A stretch of 64,000 bases of DNA from a virus (taxonomy: Duplodnaviria > Heunggongvirae > Uroviricota > Caudoviricetes): IMG/VR virus record IMGVR_UViG_3300034157_000066; one strand, given 5' to 3'. A program made the position numbers and the translations under genes. The notes beneath the pieces were generated by a model. That model made no database searches, was not told the origin of the DNA, and worked only from the letters and a program-made list of their open reading frames with translations. The first letter of the stretch is position 1. The number at the start of each line of letters is the position of its first letter. This document shows, in pieces, positions 50,140 through 58,568 of this stretch.

Positions 50140-50333
50140 TGAATCCTGTTTTGATGTAGACTTTTTTAGGTTGATTTTCTCGTATAATTGAGCCGTCTTA
50201 ATGATAATGTGTCTCTTTATGCTTAATTCAGGTGTAAAACTGCCTGCAGACGTTCAAGAGCAACTGGATAAATCGTTTGATAAAGCCAATGGCGATTATT
50301 TCCACAAAATAACCCATTAATTGAAAAAAGTGC

Positions 50334-50362
50334 TTTACACAAAACCCGATTTTCGCTATACT
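50334..50362 (+). promoter_or_regulatory. sigma70-type promoter of micro-cassette copy 1
   Basis: TTTACA-17 bp-TATACT. Confidence 0.85.
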
Positions 50363-50396
50363 CATCCTACACAAACAGAAGCAACGGAGAAACACC

Positions 50397-50537
50397 ATGA
50401 CTCAAGTAGCACTGACCAAAGAACAAGAAATCGACCAAGCCTACGCTCAAATGCAGGCTCAGGAACGCCAAGCCAAAGAAGCTGCTTGGAAGCAAGCAGA
50501 CAAAGAGCTGGAACATCAGAAACCATCGTCGGTTTAA
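50397..50537 (+). CDS. 46-aa helical peptide, triplicated cassette copy 1
   Basis: MTQVALTKEQEIDQAYAQMQAQERQAKEAAWKQADKELEHQKPSSV; GGAG RBS. Confidence 0.85.
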   Translation: MTQVALTKEQEIDQAYAQMQAQERQAKEAAWKQADKELEHQKPSSV

Positions 50538-50633
50538 CCTAACCACAAAATAAAAGCGGCCTTCGGGTCGCTTTTTTCATTTCTTTATTTTATTTTTTTT
50601 GATATACTATAATTAATTAACATTCAAGTATAT

Positions 50634-51443
50634 ATGAAAATAGTTTATAATAAAGCTATAAAAGCTACAGAAAACCTCCATACGATAACCTATGACCATG
50701 AACTCACGACGTTGGAAAAATATGTAGAAATAACAGCAGAATTATCATCGGTTGATAACAAGGCAGAATTAGTCTCATCTTGGCTTGTGCTTTCATCAGC
50801 GATTTTCGGTGCATTAATTTTTGTCAATATCCTTTTAGCTTTCTTTACTAATAATGATTCGCTAGATTTGGATTCCTCTCTCTTTCTTTATGGCTGTCTA
50901 TGTATATTGGCATTAACAGCTAAAGATTCATTATACCTTCTATTGGTTCTAAATATTACAAAATCAAAACTGACAATGAGAGATAAATTAAGTAAGATTG
51001 AAAAACATCATCTTGTTTCTGGTCCATACTTGATGTTGACTAAATGTATTATTTTTATTTTAAGTGTACTGTTGTTGTTTAGTTTTGTTGCTTATTTTAC
51101 AAATTATCTTCCGCATCCTTTTTTAACTTCTTTATTTATTTACTTGGCATTGCTTACGGCTATCAATGTTGTCAGAAAGAATATCCATTTTATCTTTCAT
51201 ATTTCATTTGCTGTTCTTACAGCTTTATTATGCGTTTATAATATCTTTTTACTTGCAGATCTAAGACATGAAGAAGAAAATCAATATAATGAATCTCAAG
51301 CTCAATCTGATATAGAAAGCGAAAGTGATGATAGTGCTGAAAATATTCGAGACTTTATTCACAGTGGTATGTATGAAATGATGCAAGAACAAGAACGTAG
51401 AAATGACTTAGTATATAAACCTGATCCGTTACCAACAAAATAA
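50634..51443 (+). CDS. multi-TM membrane protein (paralog of 51547)
   Basis: About five TM segments; acidic C-terminus. Confidence 0.8.
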   Translation: MKIVYNKAIKATENLHTITYDHELTTLEKYVEITAELSSVDNKAELVSSWLVLSSAIFGALIFVNILLAFFTNNDSLDLDSSLFLYGCLCILALTAKDSLYLLLVLNITKSKLTMRDKLSKIEKHHLVSGPYLMLTKCIIFILSVLLLFSFVAYFTNYLPHPFLTSLFIYLALLTAINVVRKNIHFIFHISFAVLTALLCVYNIFLLADLRHEEENQYNESQAQSDIESESDDSAENIRDFIHSGMYEMMQEQERRNDLVYKPDPLPTK

Positions 51444-51546
51444 AAGATCGATATATTAAAAATATGTCCATAAAAAAACAAGCCTCGCAGGGCTTTTTTC
51501 TTTTATATGTTTTGCTATAATATAATTAATTAACATTCAATTATAT

Positions 51547-52323
51547 ATGAAAATTCGTAATGAAAATATAATCAATAAACTTAAAAAAAGTCAACACAAA
51601 GCGTCCCAAGAAGAAAAACATGATGAAATAAAATTAAAAAAATATGAAGAATTAAAAGCTGATTTATGTCCTATGGAAGACATATCAGACATGATTTACA
51701 CTTGGTTTTTGGTTTCATTTAGCATTATAGGTGTTATTATCTTTTTAGATGTTTTCTTATCTTTTTTTAGTGACAGAACAGAATTTAATATTGATTTTTC
51801 AACAATGCCCTATATTATTTCATCTATTTTCATTTTAGCCGCCAGTGTATTTTTTATGTTCTATTTGAATTCAAAAATAACACAATCTGATTTAACGCTT
51901 GATGAAAAAATAGATAAACTTGAAAATAACAAACTTGTTTCTGGTTTAAATTTGACGTTTGTTAAAGTCATGATATTTAATTTGTTTATTTTATTGTTAT
52001 TTAGTTTTTATTGCTATTTTGATTCTGAAATCAAAAATCCTTTTGGAAATTCTTTTATTATTTATTTATTGCTTATGATATTTGTCAATATCGTTAAAAA
52101 GAATGTTTCTTTTTTCTATCACATTATTTTTGCGATTATAAGTTTCATATTGTATATTTTTAATTACATTGCATTTGGTGACCTATCTTATGCAGAAGAC
52201 TACAACGAAGAAGACACTCATCAAACTCAAGCGGTTGATCCTGATGAAAAGATTAATTTTGATGAATACAGAAATAACGAAGATGATGTTGAACCCGAGC
52301 AAAAACTGGAAAAAACAGAGTAA
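51547..52323 (+). CDS. multi-TM membrane protein (paralog of 50634)
   Basis: Same topology; near-identical leader ATAATTAATTAACATTCAAxTATATATGAAAAT. Confidence 0.8.
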   Translation: MKIRNENIINKLKKSQHKASQEEKHDEIKLKKYEELKADLCPMEDISDMIYTWFLVSFSIIGVIIFLDVFLSFFSDRTEFNIDFSTMPYIISSIFILAASVFFMFYLNSKITQSDLTLDEKIDKLENNKLVSGLNLTFVKVMIFNLFILLLFSFYCYFDSEIKNPFGNSFIIYLLLMIFVNIVKKNVSFFYHIIFAIISFILYIFNYIAFGDLSYAEDYNEEDTHQTQAVDPDEKINFDEYRNNEDDVEPEQKLEKTE

Positions 52324-52402
52324 ATAAAAAGACCTTCGGGTCTTTTTTCTTGCCTAAAACCTATGGATTTGGTATAATAGTCCTCTAATTCAGGAGATTG
52401 TT

Positions 52403-53137
52403 ATGATTATCGACCCAGTTGTTAAAAATGATTATTCCGACAATCTGTTGAAAATGTCTTATACGTTTTCGATGGAAGGCCATTCATCAGTCATTTCCTT
52501 GCGTGAAGGTGATTTGGTTGCCTTCATGCAAAAATACACTCCAGAAATTGATGTTGAAGCGTTTAAAGCCTCATCAATCAAGCGAATGCTCAACACCCAG
52601 CGTTACGACTTGCGGGTAAAAATTCGTTACATGCTCGATAAGGTGATGGAACCTGTTTTTTGTGTATCTCTTTACGACATGTCATTTTCTGATAGTGATT
52701 TTTTCTCGATTGACGGATTTAAAGATTTCATAGAAGAAAACAAATTTCCAGAATTCTTTGAAATGGCTGAAAGCATCATTGACACCATTTACAAAGATGG
52801 TGCCCACTACATCACCCGCAACATTGATTTTAAAGACCGCTTCTGGTCGTTTGATACTGGTGCCGTTGTCGAGACTGAATATCACTCGTTTACGTTGAAA
52901 GAAAAGGCCATTGAAGCGATTGCTGCTCACATTCGTCAAGATGTTGAATTGAATGGTGAAGCAACCTTGGAAAAAGCTGAGAAATCCGCCCAACTGGAAT
53001 ACATGCCCATGTCGTTTGATAGCTTTAAAATTCAGTGGCCGATGGATTTAGAGCTTTTAAAACAAAGTGATTTGAGTTATAATACACTCAGTAAATTTCT
53101 CCACAAATACAATCTGCCAAAAAAAATAGAGGTCTAA
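52403..53137 (+). CDS. hypothetical protein (paralog of 53139)
   Basis: Shared VxxLxxxDLxxFMxxxxPEIDxExF and LYDxSFxxS. Confidence 0.8.
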   Translation: MIIDPVVKNDYSDNLLKMSYTFSMEGHSSVISLREGDLVAFMQKYTPEIDVEAFKASSIKRMLNTQRYDLRVKIRYMLDKVMEPVFCVSLYDMSFSDSDFFSIDGFKDFIEENKFPEFFEMAESIIDTIYKDGAHYITRNIDFKDRFWSFDTGAVVETEYHSFTLKEKAIEAIAAHIRQDVELNGEATLEKAEKSAQLEYMPMSFDSFKIQWPMDLELLKQSDLSYNTLSKFLHKYNLPKKIEV

Positions 53138-53138
53138 C

Positions 53139-53879
53139 ATGCACATCAGTAAACAGCTTCAAGTTCCTTATGTAGTCGAGATTGCCTCGCTTTGCTATTC
53201 GATTACATTGAACAACCGTTCTGTTGTGGTGCTGAAAGGTGCTGACCTTATCAACTTCATGGAAATTCATGTTCCAGAAATTGACATGGAACCTTATGCT
53301 GCTTTTGCGACTGAATACCTTAAACGCCGTCAATCTAGCGAGCTTCACAGTGCGTTGCGTTATGCAATTAACCCAATAACCGAAGAACATTTCTATTCGG
53401 CATTGTATGACCTGTCTTTTGACATGTCGGAAAACAGCAGTGATGGGCCACGTTTTGTTGAGTTCAAAGAACAGAGCATGGATAGCTTCTTGGGAGCCGT
53501 ATCTGGCCTTTACGAGAGTGTAAAGAACCAATCGAAACCGTGTTTCAAGCCTGTTGAGCCTGTTTCTGGTGCGGTGGGTGGTAAATGGTCTTTTGACAAT
53601 GGCACCATGACACTGGCTGATGATGAATTGGTGATGACGCTGACTGAACAGACTGTCCAGCAGATGGCCGAGCATTTTAAGCGTGACTTCGTTGTGAATG
53701 GTCAAGAGAACTTGAAATCGTTTGAAAATGGCATCATTAATCGTCATGAATATATTTCTTTGGAATATTTTCTTGAACATTTTGAACAAGATGTTGAAAA
53801 ATTCAAAGCTGATGGCATGACCTTTGAAGGCTTTGTTGAATTGATGACCAGCTATAAAATTTGCGATAAATATGAATAA
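53139..53879 (+). CDS. hypothetical protein (paralog of 52403)
   Basis: Tandem paralog. Confidence 0.8.
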   Translation: MHISKQLQVPYVVEIASLCYSITLNNRSVVVLKGADLINFMEIHVPEIDMEPYAAFATEYLKRRQSSELHSALRYAINPITEEHFYSALYDLSFDMSENSSDGPRFVEFKEQSMDSFLGAVSGLYESVKNQSKPCFKPVEPVSGAVGGKWSFDNGTMTLADDELVMTLTEQTVQQMAEHFKRDFVVNGQENLKSFENGIINRHEYISLEYFLEHFEQDVEKFKADGMTFEGFVELMTSYKICDKYE

Positions 53880-53947
53880 ATAGCTTTACACAAAACTTGT
53901 TTTTAGCTATAATAACCCTACACAAACAGCAATATCGGAGAGACACC

Positions 53948-54082
53948 ATGACCCAAGTAGTATTGACCAAAGAGCAAGAAATCGAACAAGCCTACGCTCA
54001 ACTGCAGGCTCAGGAAAAACAAGCCAAAGAAGCTGCTTGGAAACAAGCGGAATCCGACCAAAACAAAGGCAAAGATCTGTAA
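53948..54082 (+). CDS. 44-aa helical peptide, triplicated cassette copy 2
   Basis: Promoter TTTACA(53885)-17-TATAAT(53908); UUCG terminator about 54103-54126. Confidence 0.85.
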   Translation: MTQVVLTKEQEIEQAYAQLQAQEKQAKEAAWKQAESDQNKGKDL

Positions 54083-54207
54083 TCAGGTCTAGCCCACAAA
54101 CTAAAAGCCCTTTCGAGGGCTTTTTTCGTTTCCGATATTGATTAAAACTACCATGTTTTGATATGATATGCTATAATTGATATTCATTGAAAGAGAGTGA
54201 TTAAAAG

Positions 54208-54480
54208 ATGACCACAAAAAAGACATTTATTGTTGTAGACAATGATGAGCATTTGGATGATTTTGACCATCATGCTCTCAATTTCAACCATGAGCGTGAT
54301 GTCGATAAGGTTGCTGGGGTGCTTTTGCGGGATACTCGTAAAGCTCTTGGTTATCTGCCTGTCTTCTATTATGACCGTGAAGGTTATATTACAGGTTTTG
54401 AAGGTTGGGGCGGTGATGAAGGCGAAGTGGCTGTTGTTCCTGATGACGTTGATTTGTCTGAAACCTTTGTGACACTTTAA
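54208..54480 (+). CDS. hypothetical acidic protein
   Basis: Promoter plus GAG RBS. Confidence 0.75.
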   Translation: MTTKKTFIVVDNDEHLDDFDHHALNFNHERDVDKVAGVLLRDTRKALGYLPVFYYDREGYITGFEGWGGDEGEVAVVPDDVDLSETFVTL

Positions 54481-54489
54481 GGTTTAAAT

Positions 54490-54819
54490 ATGACGAAGTA
54501 TCGTTACAGTGCCCGAGCTGGTCAAGAACATGGTCAGGGTGGTCTTGTGGTCAAACTTTATACTGATGAACCCAATACAGAACCTGTTATCACTGTAAAA
54601 GCGTTTGTCACTCAGCTTGAACAAAAAGATGTCATACCTATTTTAGAGCTGACACTAAGCGTTGTTCCTGATGATTCTCATTATTCGGTTATGCATCAAG
54701 AAGCTGTAAGACTTGCGGAGTCTATTGAAAAAGAATTTAAAGCAGGAAAACATAATCCCACTTCGCTTATTCTTTTAGTCCATCAGTCATTAGTTAATGG
54801 CATAGCTGGAGCTATTTAA
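54490..54819 (+). CDS. hypothetical protein
   Basis: AAGG RBS. Confidence 0.75.
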   Translation: MTKYRYSARAGQEHGQGGLVVKLYTDEPNTEPVITVKAFVTQLEQKDVIPILELTLSVVPDDSHYSVMHQEAVRLAESIEKEFKAGKHNPTSLILLVHQSLVNGIAGAI

Positions 54820-54881
54820 TTTTCATTGATTTTTGTCTTTTTTCTTGGTATAATCCATTATCTTATTAAAGGTAACGACTT

Positions 54882-55319
54882 ATGCCTAATCCAGAATTGC
54901 GGTTCACCGGCTTTAAAGACCCTACCGGGCTTGATATTTTTGAAGGTGACTACCTTGTCATTAAACTCAGTGATCTATCCACAGAACAGATTGAAAAACG
55001 TCAACTTGATAAGTTGATGGAACAGTATGACATTCAATACATGCAGGCGTATATTAAGCCTACTGGTCAACTTCGTTATGACATTGAAATTACCTTTGTT
55101 GATTCAAACCATCAAGCTTTAACTGATGTGAAGTATTATTTCGCTCGAGAAAAAAGTGGCATGACCGAAGAAGAGTTTTTTGCTGATTATGGCAAATCGT
55201 CTTCTCTTGATGAAGTCTACACTGTTTTGGTTATGGCACAATTTCAAATGTTTAAAGGCATTATCAAAGACAACCTTTGGTTTAAAGTTCCCGCACTGCA
55301 TGTCATGGAGTCAAAATAA
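54882..55319 (+). CDS. YopX-like N-terminal motif protein
   Basis: FTGFKDPTGLDIFEGDYL matches the YopX signature FTGLKDKNGKEIYEGDI. Confidence 0.55.
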   Translation: MPNPELRFTGFKDPTGLDIFEGDYLVIKLSDLSTEQIEKRQLDKLMEQYDIQYMQAYIKPTGQLRYDIEITFVDSNHQALTDVKYYFAREKSGMTEEEFFADYGKSSSLDEVYTVLVMAQFQMFKGIIKDNLWFKVPALHVMESK

Positions 55320-55783
55320 TGATTGAATCAGGTTTGATCGACAACAATCAAAATCCTATTTGTCAGGGACAGCACTTTCTGTTCACTATTCCTGATGAAG
55401 TCTTGAATAGCAATTTCAGCACGTTTTATGGAAGCCATCTTGGTCAACACATGCAGAAAATCGCTGTTCGCCATTACCTTATCTATGTTATTCCAACGGA
55501 ATTTTTATCTGTTCGTTTGATGACTTGCTTACTGAAAGATGATATGACGCCTGTTACCATTGCCGAAGATGAGAAAGCCTTTGAGCGTGACGCGGCCTAT
55601 TATGCTCATGATGGCATTGATATTGATACTGTTGATAAAAATGAAGTGTGTGTTTCGTATGCCGAAGATGCGTTCACTTTTGTGCGTTATCTTGTAGCAA
55701 AAGGATGGCTAACTTATGAACCTAATCCAGCGGTTGACCTGTCAAAAATTAAAGTCGGATACAAGCATTTTTATTCAGCATAA
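55319..55783 (+). CDS. hypothetical protein, degenerate YopX-like start
   Basis: SGLIDNNQNPICQGQ; TAATG coupling. Confidence 0.65.
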   Translation: MIESGLIDNNQNPICQGQHFLFTIPDEVLNSNFSTFYGSHLGQHMQKIAVRHYLIYVIPTEFLSVRLMTCLLKDDMTPVTIAEDEKAFERDAAYYAHDGIDIDTVDKNEVCVSYAEDAFTFVRYLVAKGWLTYEPNPAVDLSKIKVGYKHFYSA

Positions 55784-55801
55784 TTATAGGAGTTAATTTT
55801 A

Positions 55802-56056
55802 ATGCAACTTAGATATTTACAAACTTATACAGAAGGCTGTAATAGTATTGAGCATGTTTTGGTTGCTCTTGACAAAATCATTCAGACAGAACCTGTGTTT
55901 CAAGAGAAAATTAACGCTTCTGTTAACAGGCCATTACGAATTAAACCTTTGCTACAAGTCACGCTGGTTGATGGTTCAAAACATTTTGTTTCTTCTAAGG
56001 AATTGTTAAGTTTGGTCAAGTTTGAACCTGTCAGCTTTCTTAAAGATGATGAATAG
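55802..56056 (+). CDS. hypothetical protein
   Basis: AGGAG RBS; weak similarity to 61434. Confidence 0.7.
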   Translation: MQLRYLQTYTEGCNSIEHVLVALDKIIQTEPVFQEKINASVNRPLRIKPLLQVTLVDGSKHFVSSKELLSLVKFEPVSFLKDDE

Positions 56057-56150
56057 CTATTAAGACACTCAATGCTTGCTTAAAAAGCATTTTTTTGATA
56101 GAATATCCCCATCGAATGAAATAAATAACATATTCAATAGGTGATAAGCA

Positions 56151-56573
56151 ATGGAAGTTCGACTTCAAGAAAATATTGAATTTAGCACTGCTGCTGATTT
56201 CAATAAGGTGTTGACTAACTTTGAAACCTTGGCGGGCATGTTGGGTAAACGCATGGCACCAACGACGCTTTTCATGATTCCATTTTACTCCATAAATGAT
56301 GAAATTATTTTCGCCACTACCATTATGGGGCAGCGTGAATATATCCGTCATCAGCGGGGCAATCGGAACTTCAAGAATAAAGAAGTGTTGGACTGTTATG
56401 CAATGGTTCATGACTTGCTGGAAAATGATTTGGATACCCTTATCAAAAACCTGTCTCAACCTGAATTAGTAGCTTATGCGTTGGACATCAGCACTGACAT
56501 GATTACTGGTGTGGTTAAGCTGCATAAAGATGGCGTGCCGTATGTGACAGTAACACGACAGTTTTTAGGTTAA
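56151..56573 (+). CDS. hypothetical protein
   Basis: AGGTG RBS. Confidence 0.75.
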   Translation: MEVRLQENIEFSTAADFNKVLTNFETLAGMLGKRMAPTTLFMIPFYSINDEIIFATTIMGQREYIRHQRGNRNFKNKEVLDCYAMVHDLLENDLDTLIKNLSQPELVAYALDISTDMITGVVKLHKDGVPYVTVTRQFLG

Positions 56574-56643
56574 AAAAAGCTTTACAGATAATCCACTTTT
56601 AGATATAATAACCCCACACAAACAGCAATATCGGAGAAATACC

Positions 56644-56778
56644 ATGACCCAAGCAACTATGACCAAAGAACAAGAAATCGACCAAGCCTACGCTCAGATG
56701 AAGGCTCAGGAACAAAAAGCCAAGAATGCCGCATGGGAACAAGCGGAATCCGCCCAGAACAAAGGCAAAGACCTGTAA
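56644..56778 (+). CDS. 44-aa helical peptide, triplicated cassette copy 3
   Basis: MTQATMTKEQEIDQAYAQMKAQEQKAKNAAWEQAESAQNKGKDL; promoter TTTACA(56581)-17-TATAAT(56604); UUCG terminator. Confidence 0.85.
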   Translation: MTQATMTKEQEIDQAYAQMKAQEQKAKNAAWEQAESAQNKGKDL

Positions 56779-56894
56779 CTCGGTTCAGCCAACAAACAAA
56801 AAGCCCTTTCGAGGGCTTTTTTTATGTCTTCATTTTTTATTTACAAAATTCATGTTTTCTGCTATAATCATATTTCTATTACAGGCGACCCATT

Positions 56895-57098
56895 ATGACA
56901 ACTAAAAAATCACTGCTTACAGAAAATCCTGAACTGGCAAAGGCTTTTGACTTGATTGCCAAAGAATGTCTGGATATTGAAACGTTGGAAACTCGCAACA
57001 GCGATTCTCTCGATTTTTATGATTGCTCTGTGTGGAGTATTCGTAATGCGTTGGCACAGGCTTATGCGTTAGGTCAAGCTGCAGGAAAAGCTAAATAA
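56895..57098 (+). CDS. small conserved MGE protein (DUF6900-like)
   Basis: LDIETLETRNSDSLDFYDCSVWSIRNALAQAY motif recalled from prophage/plasmid proteins. Confidence 0.55.
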   Translation: MTTKKSLLTENPELAKAFDLIAKECLDIETLETRNSDSLDFYDCSVWSIRNALAQAYALGQAAGKAK

Positions 57099-57189
57099 CC
57101 TGTAAAAAAAGTTGCTAATTGAGTCGTTTTTTGATATAATAGCTTCATTGAAAAGGCAATAAATACACTCGTTTAACAGAGGGTTCCTT

Positions 57190-57414
57190 ATGTGCAGTAA
57201 AACAGATGCTGATGGTTTTCTGCCTTGCCCATTTTGTGGTGGCACTGAAATTCACATGGAAACATGGAGCCGTCAACGAGGTGAGTGGCTGGGTAAAGTC
57301 ACCAATGAATGCTGTGGTTACACGTTTATTGTGTTGAACGTGGTCGGTTCCACCAAGAAAGAAATGATTGAATTTTACAAAAGACAGTGGAATAAAAGAC
57401 CAGAAAAAGCTTGA
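57190..57414 (+). CDS. Lar-like restriction-alleviation zinc-finger protein
   Basis: LPCPFCGG...CCG...WNKRP pattern of the Lar family. Confidence 0.65.
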   Translation: MCSKTDADGFLPCPFCGGTEIHMETWSRQRGEWLGKVTNECCGYTFIVLNVVGSTKKEMIEFYKRQWNKRPEKA

Positions 57415-57439
57415 TTTGTTGAGATGGATTTGGTAGAAT
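57411..57439 (+). promoter_or_regulatory. sigma70-type promoter of ncRNA unit
   Basis: TTGATT-17 bp-TAGAAT; the -35 overlaps the Lar stop codon. Confidence 0.75.
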
Positions 57440-57444
57440 AGCCA

Positions 57445-57730
57445 CATTGAAACAGAGTAAAGAATTCGGAGCCTGCGTAAAAGTGGGTTGGGTGGCAGCG
57501 GTGTCGCGGGCAAGCCACTAACGAGACATGAGAGAAATCTCTGTCTCACGGTAGAGAGGGGAATTAAAGTGTGGTTTGCTTTGATTAAAACGGCTGGGTG
57601 AGTCGGCTCCTTTCTGCTAACCTGATTAAATGTTACACACTAGTAGAGTGAAGAATTATGGCCCAAGAGGTTATGATTAAAACAGATGGGTGATCTGGCT
57701 TCCTTTGCTAAACCAAATTTAAAAGTTCAT
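57445..57730 (+). ncRNA. unknown structured RNA with two copies of a covarying motif
   Basis: Hairpins GGTGGC/GCCACT and GAGACA-T-GAGA-GAAA-TCTC-TGTCTC; motif copies 57573-57622 and 57669-57714; no SD-led ORF. Confidence 0.65.
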
Positions 57731-57886
57731 ACAGTAGTAGCTCAATGGATGTTTAAAGTAGGCCGCGACTTGCAAGGAGATTCTAGACTCTTTTCTTGAC
57801 GGTTTGGCCGATGATAAACTAGCTTTTCGACAAGCAGAGCGTGCCCACAAGGCAAGGCGTTGGTTCGATTCCAGCCTATTGTACCA
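57731..57886 (+). ncRNA. tRNA-like RNA with 85-nt D-loop insertion, shortened anticodon arm and encoded CCA
   Basis: ACAGTAG/CTATTGT acceptor, GCTC/GAGC D-stem, TGCC-CACAA-GGCA, GTTGG-TTCGATT-CCAGC, A-CCA at 57883-57886. Confidence 0.8.
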
Positions 57887-57893
57887 ACAACCG

Positions 57894-57928
57894 AAAACAA
57901 CTTGTTGAAAGACAGGTTGTTTTTTTTT
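57894..57928 (+). terminator. intrinsic terminator
   Basis: AAAACAACTTG...CAGGTTGTTTTTTTTT. Confidence 0.85.
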
Positions 57929-58028
57929 GCCTAAAATATTTGAATAATCAGAAATTACTTCAAAAAACACTTTCTTTGATTGTTCATATTTGTTATAATA
58001 GACCTTCAATATTTGGAGATACCCGAAA

Positions 58029-58226
58029 ATGATGACTAATACGACTTCTCAAATCAAAGTGGTTAAAAACGAAGGTGACTTCAAGCGGGCAATGGATGCT
58101 GGCTTTGCCATCAACCTGTTCGAATGTTCGGAAACAGAAATGTGGCTTGTCTTGCCAATGGAAAAAGCTGACATGAAAATGCACGCTAAACATCACGGCT
58201 TCACTCCAGTCGCTGTTACTCAATAA
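58029..58226 (+). CDS. hypothetical protein
   Basis: GGAG RBS. Confidence 0.7.
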   Translation: MMTNTTSQIKVVKNEGDFKRAMDAGFAINLFECSETEMWLVLPMEKADMKMHAKHHGFTPVAVTQ

Positions 58227-58251
58227 TTTAACAACACAAGGATATAAGCAA

Positions 58252-58461
58252 ATGGTTGATATTTTGAGCTTGGCCGAAAAGAAAATTTGCATTTGTGGCA
58301 AATGCAAGGCTACTTTGTCTTTCTCGCCGGATGACGTGACTTCTTTTGTTGAACGAAAATACATTGGACAGGCCCAAAAAAAATACTTCCTGATGTGCCC
58401 GAACTGTAATCACAAGATTGTTTCCGCACTGTCGTGGTTTCCTCCTGAATTTTGTGAATAA
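58252..58461 (+). CDS. zinc-ribbon protein
   Basis: CGKC and CPNC pairs; AAGGA RBS. Confidence 0.7.
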   Translation: MVDILSLAEKKICICGKCKATLSFSPDDVTSFVERKYIGQAQKKYFLMCPNCNHKIVSALSWFPPEFCE

Positions 58462-58568
58462 TCGTTAGTAAGAATCGTCCTTTGGGCGATTTTTATTTTC
58501 AATTAATCTTGTTTTTAATCATTTTTTTTGTTATAATTACGTCACTTCATTAAACAGAGAGTAATATT

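Noticed and set aside
57573-57714. Mini CRISPR array
   Set aside because: Only two diverged units with compensatory stem changes; no cas genes or leader; CRISPR repeats would be near-identical.
30132-57886. tmRNA identity for the 30132 or 57731 RNAs
   Set aside because: Neither has G3:U70; the 57731 insert lies in the D-loop rather than replacing the anticodon arm, and 30132 lacks A73 and a tmRNA 5' end.
57145-58032. ORFs 57145-57549 (-), 57719-58009 (-) and 57841-58032 (+)
   Set aside because: They cross structured RNA and the terminator; chance ORFs of a GC-richer stretch.
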